Assembly (NCBI GenBank): GCA_964016885.1 | Contig: OZ024755.1 | Span: 37,510,001 to 37,574,000, forward strand | Direction: 5' to 3' | DNA length: 64,000 nucleotides | Source: Eledone cirrhosa | Lineage: Eukaryota | Notes under the pieces: model-generated | Database searches by the model: none | The model's input: only the letters and a program-made list of their open reading frames with translations | Told to the model about the DNA's origin: nothing | Program-made: the position numbers and the translations under genes | Shown: one piece after another, positions 14,401 to 29,257 of the stretch | How positions within the stretch are numbered: position 1 is the stretch's first letter | Layout: every line of letters begins with the position of its first letter

Positions 14401-17400
14401 CAAGGGGCCAGGTTTATCACACACTGTGTGAGGCTGGGTCTCTGTGATTCAAGGGGCCAGGTTTATCACACACTGTGTGAGGCTGGATCACTATGAATCA
14501 AGGGGCCAGGTTTATCACACACTGTGTGAGGCTGGATCACTGTGAATCAAGGGGCCAGGTTCATCACACACTGTGTGAGGCTGGGTCCCTGTGATTCAAG
14601 GGGCCAGGTTTATCACACACTGTGTGAGGCTGGATCACTGTGAATCAAGGGGCCAGGTTTATCACACACTGTGTGAGGCTGGATCACTATGAATCAAGGG
14701 GCCAGGTTTATCACACACTGTGTGATGCTGGATCACTGTGAATCAAGGGGCCAGGTTTAACACACACTGTGTGAGGCTGGGTCTCTGTGATTGAAGGGGC
14801 CAGGTTTATCACACACTGTGTGAGGCTGGATCACTGTGAATCAAGGGGCCAGGTTTATCACACTGTGAATCAAGGGGCCAGGTTTATCACACACTGTGTG
14901 AGGCTGGGTCTCTGTGATTCAAGGGGCCAGGTTTATAACACACACTGTGTGAGGCTGGGTCCCTGTGATTCAAGGGGCCAGGTTTATCACACACTGTGTG
15001 AGGCTGGGTCTCGGTGATTCAAGGGGCCAGGTTTATCACACACTGTGTGAGGCTGGATCAATGTGAATCAAGGGGCCAGGTTTATCACACTGTGAATCAA
15101 GGGGCCAGGTTTATCACATAGTGTGTGAGGCTCGGTCTCTGTGATTCAAGGGGCCAGGTTTATCACACACACTGTGTGAGGCTGGGTCCCTGTGATTCAA
15201 GGGGCCAAGTTTATCACACACTGTGTGAGGCTGGGTCTCTGTGATTCAAGGGGCCAGGTTTATCACACACTGTGTGAGGCTGGATCACTGTGAATCAAGG
15301 GGCCAGGTTTATCACAGTGTGAATCAAGGGGCCAGGTTTATCACACACTGTGTGAGGCTGGGTCCCTGTGATTCAAGGGGCCAGGTTTATCACACACTGT
15401 GTGAGGCTGGATCTCTGTGAATCAAGGGGCCAGGTTTATCACACACTGTGTGAGGCTGGGTCCCTGTGATTCAAGGGACCAGGTTTATCACACACTGTGT
15501 GAGGCTGGATCTCTGTGAATCAAGGGGCCAGGTTTATCACACACTGTGTGAGGCTGGATCTCTGTGATTCAAGGGGCTAGGTTTATCACACACTGTGTGA
15601 TGCTGGATCTCTGTGAATCAAGGGGCCAGGTTTATCACACACTGTGTGAGGCTGGATCTCTGTGATTCAAGGGGCTAGGTTTATCACACACTGTGTGAGG
15701 CTGGATCTCTGTGAATCAAGGGGCCAGGTTTATCACACACTGTGTGAGGCTGGATCTCTGTGATTCAAGGGGCCAGGTTTATCACACACTGTGTGAGGCT
15801 GGGTCTCTGTGATTCAAGGGGCCAGGTTTATCACACACTGTGTGAGGCTGGGTCGCTGTCATTCAAGGGGCCAGGTTTATCACACACTGTGTGAGACTGG
15901 ATCATTGTGAATCAAGGGGCCAGGTTTATCACACTGTGAATCAAGGGGCCAGGTTTATCACACACTGTGTTATGCTGGGTCTCTGTGATTCAAGGGGCCA
16001 GGTTTATCACACACTGTGTGAGGCTGGATCACTGTGAATCAAGGGGCCAGGTTTATCACACTGTGATTCAAGGGGCCAGGTTTATCACACACTGTGTGAG
16101 GCTGGGTCCCTGTGATTCAAGGGGCCAGGTTTATCACACTGTGTGAGGCTGGATCACTGTGAATCCAGGGACCAGGTTTATCACACACTGTGTGAGGCTG
16201 GATCACTATGAATCAAGGGGCCAGGTTTATCACACACTGTGTGAGGCTGGATCACTGTGAATCAAGGGACCAGGTTTATCAGACACTGTGTGAGGCTGGA
16301 TCACTATGAATCAAGGGGCCAGGTTTATCACACACTGTGTGAGGCTGGATCACTGTGAATCAAGGGGCCAGTTTTATCACACTGTGAATCAAGGGGCCAG
16401 GTTTATCACACACTGTGTGAGGCTGGGTCCCTGTGATTCAAGGGGCCAGGTTTATCACACTGTGTGAGGCTGGGTCTCTGTGATTCAAGGGGCCAGGTTT
16501 ATCACACACTGTGTGAGGCTGGATCTGTGATTCAAGGGGCCAGGTTTATCACACACTGTGTGAGGCTGGGTCTCTGTGATTCAAGGGGCCAGGTTTATCA
16601 CACTGTGTGAGGCTGGGTCTCTGTGATTGAAGGGGCCAGGTTTATCACACACTGTGTGAGGCTGGGTCTCTGTGATTCAAGGGGCCAGGTTTATCACACA
16701 CTGTGTGAGGCTGGATCACTGTGAATCAAGGGGCCAGGTTTATCACACACTGTGTGAGGCTGGATCACTGTGAATCAAGGGGCCAGGTTTATCACACTGT
16801 GAATCAAGGGGCCAGGTTTATCACACACTGTGTTATGCTGGGTCTCTGTGATTCAAGGGGCCAGGTTTATCACACACTGTGTGAGGCTGGATCACTGTGA
16901 ATCAAGGGGCCAGGTTTATCACACTATGATTCAAGGGGCCAGGTTTATCACACACTGTGTGAGGCTGGGTCTCTGTGATTCAAGGGGCCAGGTTTATCAC
17001 ACACTGTGTGAGGCTGGATCACTATGAATCAAGGGGCCAGGTTTATCACACACTGTGTGAGGCTGGATCACTGTGAATTAAGGGGCCAGGTTTATCACAC
17101 ACTGTGTGAGGCTGGGTCCCTGTGATTCAAGGGGCCAGGTTTATCACACACTGTGTGAGGCTGGATCACTGTGAATCAATGGACCAGGTTTATCACACAC
17201 TGTGTGAGGCTGGATCACTATTAATCAAGGGGGCAGGTTTATCACACGCTGTGTGAGGCTGGATCACTGTGAATCAAGGGGCCAGGTTTATCACACTGTG
17301 AATCAAGGGGCCAGGTTTATCACACACTGTGTGAGGCTGGGTCTCTGTGAATCAAGGGGCCAGGTTTATCACACACTGTGTGAGGCTGGGTCTCTGTGAT

Positions 17401-20400
17401 TCAAGGGGCCAGGTTTATCACACACTGTGTGAGGCTGGGTCTCTGTGATTCAAGGGGCCAGGTTTATCACACACTGTGTGAGGCTGTGTCTCTGTCATTC
17501 AAGGGGCCAGGTTTATCACACACTGTGTAAGGCTGGGTCTCTGTGAATCAAGGGGCCATGTTTATCACACACTGTGTGAGGCTGGATCTCTGTGATTCAA
17601 GGGGCTTGGTTTATCACACACTGTGTGAGGCTGGATCTCTGTGAATCAAGGGGCCAGGTTTATCACACACTGTGTGAGGCTGGATCTCTGTGATTCAAGG
17701 GGCCAGGTTTATCACACACTGTGTGAGGCTGGGTCTCTGTCATTCAAGGGGCCAGGTTTATCACACACTGTGTGAGGCTGGGTCTCTGTGATTCAAGGGG
17801 CCAGGTTTATCACACACTGTGTGAGGCTGGGTCTCTGTGATTCAAGGGGCCAGGTTTATCACACACTGTGTGAGGCTGGGTCTCTGTCATTCAAGGGGCC
17901 AGGTTTATCACACACTGTGTGAGACTGGATCACTGTGGATCAACGGGCCAGGTTTATCACACTGTGAATCAAGGGGCCAGGTTTATCACACACTGTGTTA
18001 TGCTGGGTCTCTGTCATTCAAGGGGCCAGGTTTATCACACACTGTGTGAGGCTGGATCACTGTGAATCAAGGGGCCAGGTTTATCACACTGTGAATCAAG
18101 GGGCCAGGTTTATCACACTGTGTGAGGCTGGATCACTATGAATCAAGGGGCCAGGTTTATCACACACTGTGTGAGGCTGGATCACTGTAAATCAAGGGAC
18201 CAGGTTTATCACACACTGTGTGAGGCTGGATCACTATGAATCAAGGGGCCAGGTTTATCACACACTGTGTGAGGCTGGATCACTGTGAATCAAGGGGCCA
18301 GTTTTATCACACTGTGAATCAAGGGGCCAGGTTTATCACACACTGTGTGAGGCTGGGTCCCTGTGATTCAAGGGGCCAGGTTTATCACACTGTGTGAGGC
18401 TGGGTCTCTGTGATTCAAGGGGCCAGGTTTATCACACACTGTGTGAGTCTGGATCTCTGTGATTCAAGGGGCCAGGTTTATCACACACTGTGTGAGGCTG
18501 GGTCTCTGTGATTCAAGGGGCCAGGTTTATCACACACTGTGTGAGGCTGGGTCTCTGTGATTCAAGGGGCCAGGTTTATCACACACTGTGTGAGGCTGGG
18601 TCTCTGTGATTCAAGGGGCCAGGTTTATCACACACTGTGTGAGGCTGGATCACTGTGAATCAAGGGGCCAGGTTTATCACACACTGTGTGAGGCTGGATC
18701 ACTGTGAATCAAGGGGCCAGGTTTATCACACTGTGAATCAAGGGGACAGGTTTATCACACACTGTGTTATGCTGGGTCTCTGTGATTCAAGGGGCCAGGT
18801 TTATCACACACTGTGTGAGGCTGGATCACTGTGAATCAAGGGGCCAGGTTTATCACACTGTGATTCAAGGGGCCAGTTTTATCACACACTGTGTGAGGCT
18901 GGGTCTCTGTGATTCAAGGGGCCAGGTTTATCACACACTGTGTGAGGCTGGATCACTATGAATCAAGGGGCCAGGTTTATCAGACACTGTGTGAGGCTGG
19001 ATCACTCTGAATCAAGGGGCCAGGTTTATCACACACTGTGTGAGGCTGGGTCCCTGTGATTAAAGGGGCCAGGTTTATCACACACTGTGTGAGGCTGGAT
19101 CACTGAATCAAGGGACCAGGTTTATCACACACTGTGTGAGGCTGGATCACTATGAATCAAGGGGCCAGGTTTATCACACACTGTGTGAGGCTGGATCACT
19201 GTGAATCAAGGGGCCAGGTTTATCACACTGTGAATCAAGGGGCCAGTTTTATCACACACTGTGTGAGGCTGGGTCTCTGTGATTCAAGGGGCCAGGTTTA
19301 TCACACACTGTGTGAGGCTGGATCACTATGAATCAAGGGGCCAGGTTTATCACACACTGTGTGAGGCTGGATCACTGTGAATCAAGGGGCCAGGTTTATC
19401 ACACTGTGTGAGGCTGGGTCCCTGTGATTCAAGGGGCCAGGTTTATCACACACTGTGTGAGGCTGGATCACTGTGAATCAAGGGACCAGGTTTATCACAC
19501 ACTGTGTGAGGCTGGATAACTATGAATCAAGGGGCCAGGTTTATCACACACTGTGTGAGGCTGGATCACTGTGAATCAAGGGGCCAGGTTTATCACACTG
19601 TGAATCAAGGGGCCAGGTTTATCACACTGTGATTCAAGGGGCCAGGTTTATCACACACTGTGTGAGGCTGGGTCTCTGTGATTCAAGGGGCCAGGTTTAT
19701 CACACACTGTGTGAGGCTGGATCACTATGAATCAAGGGGCCAGGTTTATCACACACTGTGTGAGGCTGGATCACTGTGAATCAAGGGGCCAGGTTTATCA
19801 CACACTGTGTGAGGCTGGGTCCCTGTGATTCAAGGGGCCAGGTTTATCACACACTGTGTGAGGCTGGATCACTGTGAATCAAGGCACCAGGTTTATCACA
19901 CACTGTGTGAGGCTGGATCACTATGAATCAAGGGGCCAGGTTTATCACACACTGTGTGATGCTGGATCACTGTGAATCAAGGGGCCAGGTTTATCACACA
20001 CTGTGTGAGGCTGGGTCTCTGTGATTGAAGGGGCCAGGTTTATCACACACTGTGTGAGGCTGGATCACTGTGAATCAAGGGGCCAGGTTTATCACACTGT
20101 GAATCAAGGGGCCAGGTTTATCACACACTGTGTGAGGCTGGGTCTCTGTGATTCAAGGGGCCAGGTTTATCACACACTGTGTGAGGCTGTGTCTATGTGA
20201 TTGAAGGGGCCAGGTTTATCACACACTGTGTGAGGCTGGGTCTCTGTGATTCAAGGGGCCAGGTTTATCACACACTGTGTGAGGCTGGATCACTGTGAAT
20301 CAAGGGGCCAGGTTTATCACACACTGTGTGAGGCTGGATCACTGTGAATCAAGGGGCCAGGTTTATCACACTGTGAATCAAGGGGACAGGTTTATCACAC

Positions 20401-23400
20401 ACTGTGTTATGCTGGGTCTCTGTGATTCAAGGGGCCAGGTTTATCACACACTGTGTGAGGCTGGATCACTGTGAATCAAGGGGCCAGGTTTATCACACTG
20501 TGATTCAAGGGGCCAGTTTTATCACACACTGTGTGAGGCTGGGTCTCTGTGATTCAAGGGGCCAGGTTTATCACACACTGTGTGAGGCTGGATCACTATG
20601 AATCAAGGGGCCAGGTTTATCAGACACTGTGTGAGGCTGGATCACTCTGAATCAAGGGGCCAGGTTTATCACACACTGTGTGAGGCTGGGTCCCTGTGAT
20701 TAAAGGGGCCAGGTTTATCACACACTGTGTGAGGCTGGATCACTGAATCAAGGGACCAGGTTTATCACACACTGTGTGAGGCTGGATCACTATGAATCAA
20801 GGGGCCAGGTTTATCACACACTGTGTGAGGCTGGATCACTGTGAATCAAGGGGCCGGGTTTATCACACTGTGAATCAAGGGGCCAGTTTTATCACACACT
20901 GTGTGAGGCTGGGTCTCTGTGATTCAAGGGGCCAGGTTTATCACACACTGTGTGAGGCTGGATCACTATGAATCAAGGGGCCAGGTTTATCACACACTGT
21001 GTGAGGCTGGATCACTGTGAATCAAGGGGCCAGGTTTATCACACTGTGTGAGGCTGGGTCCCTGTGATTCAAGGGGCCAGGTTTATCACACACTGTGTGA
21101 GGCTGGATCACTGTGAATCAAGGGACCAGGTTTATCACACACTGTGTGAGGCTGGATAACTATGAATCAAGGGGCCAGGTTTATCACACACTGTGTGAGG
21201 CTGGATCACTGTGAATCAAGCGGCCAGGTTTATCACACTGTGAATCAAGGGGCCAGGTTTATCACACTGTGATTCAAGGGGCCAGGTTTATCACACTCTG
21301 TGTGAGGCTGGGTCTCTGTGATTCAAGGGGCCAGGTTTATCACACACTGTGTGAGGCTGGATCACTATGAATCAAGGGGCCAGGTTTATCACACACTGTG
21401 TGAGGCTGGATCACTGTGAATCAAGGGGCCAGGTTTATCACGCACTGTGTGAGGCTGGGTCCCTGTGATTCAAGGGGCCAGGTTTATCACACACTGTGTG
21501 AGGCTGGATCACTGTGAATCAAGGCACCAGGTTTATCACACACTGTGTGAGGCTGGATCACTATGAATCAAGGGGCCAGGTTTATCACACACTGTGTGAT
21601 GCTGGATCACTGTGAATCAAGGGGCCAGGTTTATCACACACTGTGTGAGGCTGGGTCTCTGTGATTGAAGGGGCCAGGTTTATCACACACTGTGTGAGGC
21701 TGGATCACTGTGAATCAAGGGGCCAGGTTTATCACACTGTGAATCAAGGGGCCAGGTTTATCACACACTGTGTGAGGCTGGGTCTCTGTGATTCAAGGGG
21801 CCAGGTTTATAACACACACTGTGTGAGGCTGGGTCCCTGTGATTCAAGGGGCCAGGTTTATCACACACTGTGTGAGGCTGGGTCTCGGTGATTCAAGGGG
21901 CCAGGTTTATCACACACACTGTGTGAGGCTTGGTCCCTGTGATTCAAGGGACCAGGTTTATCACACACTGTGTGAGGCTGGGTCTCTATGAATCAAGGGG
22001 CCAGGTTTATCACACACTGTGTGAGGCTGGGTCTCTGTGATTCAAGGGGCCAGATTTATCACACACCGTGTGAGGCTGGGTCTCTGTGATTCAAGGGGCC
22101 AGGTTTATCACACACTGTGTGAGGCTGGATCAATGTGAATCAAGGGGCCAGGTTTATCACACTGTGAATCAAGGGGCCAGGTTTATCACACAGTGTGTGA
22201 GGCTCGGTCTCTGTGATTCAAGGGGCCAGGTTTATCACACACACTGTGTGAGGCTGGGTCCCTGTGATTCAAGGGGCCAAGTTTATCACACACTGTGTGA
22301 GGCTGGGTCTCTGTGATTCAAGGGGCCAGGTTTATCACACACTGTGTGAGGCTGGATCACTGTGAATCAAGGGGCCAGGTTTATCACAGTGTGAATCAAG
22401 GGGCCAGGTTTATCACACACTGTGTGAGGCTGGGTCCCTGTGATTCAAGGGGCCAGGTTTATCACACACTGTGTGAGGCTGGATCTCTGTGAATCAAGGG
22501 GCCAGGTTTATCACACACTGTGTGAGGCTGGGTCCCTGTGATTCAAGGGACCAGGTTTATCACACACTGTGTGAGGCGGGATCTCTGTGAATCAAGGGGC
22601 CAGGTTTATCACACACTGTGTGAGGCTGGGTCTCTGTCATTCAAGGGGCCAGGTTTATCACACACTGTTTGAGGCTGGGTCTCTGTGAATCAAGGGGCCA
22701 GGTTTATCACACACTGTGTGAGGCTGGATCTCTGTGATTCAAGGGGCTAGGTTTATCACACACTGTGTGAGGGTGGATCTCTGTGAATCAAGGGGCCAGG
22801 TTTATCACACACTGTGTGAGGCTGGATCTCTGTGATTCAAGGGGCCACGTTTATCACACACTGTGTGAGGCTGGGTCGCTGTCATTCAAGGGGCCAGGTT
22901 TATCACACACTGTGTGAGACTGGATCATTGTGAATCAAGGGGCCAGGTTTATCACACTGTGATTCAAGGGGCCAGGTTTATCACACACTGTGTGAGGCTG
23001 GGTCTCTGTGATTCAAGGGGCCAGGTTTATCACACACTGTGTGAGGCTGGATCTCTGTGATTCAAGGGGCCAGGTTTATCACACACTGTGTGAGGCTGGA
23101 TGTCTGTGATTCAAAGGGCCAGGTTTATCACACACTGTGTGAGGCTGGATCACTGTGATTCAAGGGGCCAGGTTTATCACACACTGTGTGAGGCAGGATC
23201 TCTGTGATTCAAGGGGCCAGGTTTATCACACACTGTGTGAGGCTGGATCAATGTGAATCAAGGGGCCAGGTTTATCACACTGTGAATCAAGGGGCCAGGT
23301 TTATCACACAGTGTGTGAGGCTCGGTCTCTGTGATTCAAGGGGCCAGGTTTATCACACACACTGTGTGAGGCTGGGTCCCTGTGATTCAAGGGGCCAAGT

Positions 23401-26400
23401 TTATCACACACTGTGTGAGGCTGGGTCTCTGTGATTCAAGGGGCCAGGTTTATCACACACTGTGTGAGGCTGGATCACTGTGAATCAAGGGGCCAGGTTT
23501 ATCACAGTGTGAATCAAGGGGCCAGCTTTATCACACACTGTGTGAGGCTGGGTCCCTGTGATTCAAGGGGCCAGGTTTATCACACACTGTGTGAGGCTGG
23601 ATCTCTGTGAATCAAGGGGCCAGGTTTATCACACACTGTGTGAGGCTGGGTCCCTGTGATTCAAGGGACCAGGTTTATCACACACTGTGTGAGGCGGGAT
23701 CTCTGTGAATCAAGGGGCCAGGTTTATCACACACTGTGTGAGGCTGGGTCTCTGTGATTCAAGGGGCCAGGTTTATCACACACTGTGTGCGGCTGGGTCG
23801 CTGTCATTCAAGGGGCCAGGTTTATCACACACTGTTTGAGGCTGGGTCTCTGTGAATCAAGGGACCAGGTTTATCACACACTGTGTGAGGCTGGATCTCT
23901 GTGATTCAAGGGGCTAGGTTTATCACACACTGTGTGAGGCTGGATCTCTGTGAATCAAGGGGCCAGGTTTATCACACACTGTGTGAGGCTGGATCTCTGT
24001 GATTCAAGGGGCCAGGTTTATCACACACTGTGTGAGGCTGGGTCTCTGTGATTCAAGGGGCCAGGTTTATCACACACTGTGTGCGGCTGGGTCGCTGTCA
24101 TTCAAGGGGCCAGGTTTATCACACACTGTGTGAGACTGGATCATTGTGAATCAAGGGGCCAGGTTTATCACACTGTGAATCAAGGGGCCAGGTTTATCAC
24201 ACACTGTGTTATGCTGGGTCTCTGTGATTCAAGGGGCCAGGTTTATCACACACTGTGTGAGGCTGGATCACTGTGAATCAAGGGGCCAGGTTTATCACAC
24301 TGTGATTCAAGGGGCCAGGTTTATCACACACTGTGTGAGGCTGGGTCTCTGTGATTCAAGGGGCCAGGTTTATCACACACTGTGTGAGGCTGGATCTCTG
24401 TGATTCAAGGGGCCAGGTTTATCACACACTGTGTGAGGCTGGATGTCTGTGATTCAAAGGGCCAGGTTTATCACACACTGTGTGAGGCTGGATCACTGTG
24501 ATTCAAGGGGCCAGGTTTATCACACACTGTGGGAGGCTGGATCACTATGATTCAAGGGGCCAGGTTTATCACACACTGTGTGAGGCTGGGTCTCTGTCAT
24601 TCAAGGGGCCAGGTTTATCACGCACTGTGTGAGGCTGGGTCTCTGTGATTCAAGGGGCCAGGTTTATCACACACTGTGTGAGGCTGGGTCTCTGTCATTC
24701 AAGGGGCCAGGTTTATCACACACTGTGTGAGACTGGATCACTGTGAATCAAGGGGCCAGGTTTATCACACTGTGAATCAAGGGGCCAGGTTTATCACACA
24801 CTGTGTTATGCTGGGTCTCTGTGATTCAAGGGGCCAGGTTTATCACACACTGTGTGAGGCTGGATCACTGTGAATCAAGGGGCCAGGTTTATCACACTGT
24901 GATTCAAGGGGCCAGGTTTATCACACACTGTGTGAGGCTGGGTCCCTGTGATTCAAGGGGCCAGGTTTATCACACACTGTGTGAGGCTGGATCACTGTGA
25001 ATCCAGGGACCAGGTTTATCACACACTGTGTGAGGCTGGATCACTATGAATCAAGGGGCCAGGTTTATCACACAGTGTGAGGCTGGATCACTGTGAATCA
25101 AGGGGCCAGTTTTATCACACTGTGATTCAAGGGGCCAGGTTTATCACACACACTGTGTGAGGCTGGGTCCCTGTGATTCAAGGGACCAGGTTTATCACAC
25201 ACTGTGTGAGGCTGGATCACTATGAATCAAGGGGCCAGGTTTATCACACACTGTGTGAGGCTGGATCACTGTGAATCAAGGGGCCAGGTTTATCACACAC
25301 TGTGTGAGGCTGGATCACTGTGAATCAAGGGACCAGGTTTATCACACACTGTGTGAGGCTGGATCACTATGAATCAAGGGGCCAGGTTTATCACACACTG
25401 TGTGAGGCTGGATCACTGTGAATCAAGGGGCCAGGTTTATCACACTGTGAATCAAGGGGCCAGGTTTATCACACACTGTGTGAGGCTGGGTCTCTGTGAT
25501 TCAAGGGGCCAGGTTTATCACACACTGTGTGAGGCTGGGTCTCTGTGAATCAAGGGGCCAGGTTTATCACACACTGTGTGAGGCTGGGTCTCTGTGATTC
25601 AAGGGGCCAGGTTTATCACACACTGTGTGAGGCTGGGTCTCTGTGATTCAAGGGGCCAGGTTTATCACACACTGTGTGAGGCTGTGTCTCTGTCATTCAA
25701 GGGGCCAGGTTTATCACACACTGTGTAAGGCTGGGTCTCTGTGAATCAAGGGGCCAGGTTTATCACACACTGTGTGAGGCTGGATCTCTGTGATTCAAGG
25801 GGCTTGGTTTATCACACACTGTGTGAGGCTGGATCTCTGTGAATCAAGGGGCCAGGTTTATCACACACTGTGTGAGGCTGGATCTCTGTGATTCAAGGGG
25901 CCAGGTTAATCACACACTGTGTGAGGCTGGGTCTCTGTCATTCAAGGGGCCAGGTTTATCACACACTGTGTGAGGCTGGGTCTCTGTGATTCAAGGGGCC
26001 AGGTTTATCACACACTGTGTGAGGCTGGGTCTCTGTGATTCAAGGGGCCAGGTTTATCACACACTGTGTGAGGCTGGGTCTCTGTCATTCAAGGGGCCAG
26101 GTTTATAACACACTGTGTGAGACTGGATCACTGTGAATCAAGGGGCCAGGTTTATCACACTGTGAATCAAGGGGCCAGGTTTATCACACACTGTGTTATG
26201 CTGGGTCTCTGTCATTCAAGGGGCCAGGTTTATCACACACTGTGTGAGGCTGGATCACTGTGAATCAAGGGGCCAGGTTTATCACACTGTGATTCAAGGG
26301 GCCAGGTTTATCACACAGTGTGTGAGGCTGGATCACTATGAATCAAGGGGCCAGGTTTATCACACACTGTGTGAGGCTGGATCACTGTATATCAAGGGAC

Positions 26401-29043
26401 CAGGTTTATCACACACTGTGTGAGGCTGGATCACTATGAATCAAGGGGCCAGGTTTATCACGCACTGTGTGAGGCTGGATCATTGTGAATCAAGGGGCCA
26501 GTTTTATCACACTGTGATTCAAGGGGCCAGGTTTATCACACACTGTGTGAGGCTGGATCTCTGTGATTCAAGGGGCCAGGTTTATCACACACTGTGTGAG
26601 GCTGGGTCTCTGTGATTCAAGGGGCCAGGTTTATCACACACTGTGTGAGGCTGGGTCTCTGTGATTGAAGGGGCCAGGTTTATCACACACTGTGTGAGGC
26701 TGGGTCTCTGTGATTCAAGGGGCCAGGTTTATCACACACTGTGTGAGGCTGGATCACTGTGAATCAAGGGGCCAGGTTTATCACACACTGTGTGAGGCTG
26801 GATCACCGTGAATCAAGGGGCCAGGTTTATCACACTGTGAATCAAGGGGACAGGTTTATCACACACTGTGTTATGCTAGGTCTCTGTGATTCAAGGGGCC
26901 AGGTTTATCACACACTGTGTGAGGCTGGATCACTGTGAATCAAGGGGCCAGGTTTATCACACTGTGATTCAAGGGGCCAGTTTTATCACACACTGTGTGA
27001 GGCTGGGTCTCTGTGATTCAAGGGGCCAGGTTTATCACACACTGTGTGAGGCTGGATCACTATGAATCAAGGGGCCAGGTTTATCAGACACTGTGTGAGG
27101 CTGGATCACTGTGAATCAAGGGGCCAGCTTTATCACACACTGTGTGAGGCTGGGTCCCTGTGATTAAAGGGGCCAGGTTTATCACACACTGTGTGAGGCT
27201 GGATCACTGAATCAAGGGACCAGGTTTATCACACACTGTGTGAGGCTGGATCACTATGAATCAAGGGGCCAGGTTTATCACACACTGTGTGAGGCTGGAT
27301 CACTGTGAATCAAGGGGCCAGGTTTATCTCACTGTGAATCAAGGGGCCAGGTTTATCACACACTGTGTGAGGCTGGGTCTCTGTGATTCAAGGGGCCAGG
27401 TTTATCACACACTGTGTGAGGCTGGGTCTCTGTGATTCAAGGGGCCAGGTTTATCACACACTGTGTGAGGCTGGATCTCTGTGATTCAAGGGGCCAGGTT
27501 TATCACACACTGTGTGAGGCTGGATGTCTGTGATTCAAAGGGCCAGGTTTATCACACACTGTGTGAGGCTGGATCACTGTGATTCAAGGGGCCAGGTTTA
27601 TCACACACTGTGGGAGGCTGGATCACTATGATTCAAGGGGCCAGGTTTATCACACACTGTGTGAGGCTGGGTCTCTGTCATTCAAGGGGCCAGGTTTATC
27701 ACACACTGTGTGAGGCTGGGTCTCTGTGATTCAAGGGGCCAGGTTTATCACGCACTGTGTGAGGCTGGGTCTCTGTGATTCAAGGGGCCAGGTTTATCAC
27801 ACACTGTGTGAGGCTGGGTCTCTGTCATTCAAGGGGCCAGGTTTATCACACACTGTGTGAGACTGGATCACTGTGAATCAAGGGGCCAGGTTTATCACAC
27901 TGTGAATCAAGGGGCCAGGTTTATCACACACTGTGTTATGCTGGGTCTCTGTGATTCAAGGGGCCAGGTTTATCACACACTGTGTGAGGCTGGATCACTG
28001 TGAATCAAGGGGCCAGGTTTATCACACTGTGATTCAAGGGGCCAGGTTTATCACACACTGTGTGAGGCTGGGTCCCTGTGATTCAAGGGGCCAGGTTTAT
28101 CACACACTGTGTGAGGCTGGATCACTGTGAATCCAGGGACCAGGTTTATCACACACTGTGTGAGGCTGGATCACTATGAATCAAGGGGCCAGGTTTATCA
28201 CACAGTGTGAGGCTGGATCACTGTGAATCAAGGGGCCAGTTTTATCACACTGTGATTCAAGGGGCCAGGTTTATCACACACTGTGTGAGGCTGGGTCTCT
28301 GTGATTCAAGGGGCCAGGTTTATCACACACTGTGTGAGGCAGGATCCCTGTGATTCAAGGGGCCAGGTTTATCACACACTGTGTGAGGCTGGATCACTGT
28401 GAATCAAGGGGCCAGGTTTATCACACTGTGAATCAAGGGGCCAGGTTTATCACACAGTGTGTGAGGCTGGGTCTCTGTCATTCAAGGGGCCAGGTTTATC
28501 ACACACACTGTGTGAGGCTGGGTCCCTGTGATTCAAGGGGCCAGGTTTATCACACACTGTGTGAGGCTGGGTCTCTGTGATTCAAGGGGCCAGGTTTATC
28601 ACACACTGTGTGAGGCTGGATCACTGTGAATCAAGGGGCCAGGTTTATCACACTGTGAATCAAGGGGCCAGGTTTATCACACACTGTGTGAGGCTGGGTC
28701 CCTGTGATTCAAGGGGCCATGTTTATCACACACTGTGTGAGGCTGGATCTCTGTGAATCAAGGGGCCAGGTTTATCACACACTGTGTGAGGCTGGGTCCC
28801 TGTGATTCAAGGGACCAGGTTTATCACACACTGTGTGAGGCTGGATCTCTGTGAATCAAGGGGCCAGGTTTATCACACACTGTGTGAGGCTGGATCTCTG
28901 TGATTCAAGGGGCTAGGTTTATCACACACTGTGTGAGGCTGGATCTCTGTGAATCAAGGGGCCAGGTTTATCACACACTGTGTGAGGCTGTTCTCTGTGA
29001 TTCAAGGGGCCAGGTTTATCACACTGTGTGAGGCTGGGTCTCC
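5456..29043. repeat. ~23.6 kb satellite array, 49-bp monomer (~480-500 units) with shorter ~29-31 bp deletion variants
   Basis: Consensus CTGTGA(T/A)TCAAGGGGCCAGGTTTATCACACACTGTGTGAGGCTGG(G/A)TC(T/A); period 49 (5456 to 5505); single orientation throughout. Confidence 0.98.
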
Positions 29044-29078
29044 CTGAGAACTACGTTAAGGTTGCATATGAATGTAAA

Positions 29079-29257
29079 TAATGGTTTCTTATATAGGAAC
29101 AAGGCCAGCAATTTTGAGGGAGAGGAAAGTCTATTAAATAGACCCCAATACATTACTGGTTCTTTATTTTGTCGACCCCGTAAGGATGAAAGGCAAAGTT
29201 AACCTCGGCGGGATTTGAACTCAGAACGTAAAGGGCCATAACTATGCTGCAAAGCAT
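29079..29257 (-). mobile_element. SINE family A
   Basis: Reverse-complement core GACCCCGTAAGGATGAAAGGCAAAGTTAACCTCGGCGGGATTTGAAC. Confidence 0.85.

Noticed and set aside
5456-29043. CRISPR-like array or repetitive protein gene
   Set aside because: Monomers are contiguous with no unique spacers, no cas genes, eukaryotic context; 49 is not a multiple of 3 and ORFs stop every ~60-85 codons
5456-29043. RAG/Transib recombination-signal-like pattern (CACTGTG heptamer plus GGTTTATCA)
   Set aside because: Nonamer match is poor and spacing is about 2 or 20 nt, not 12/23
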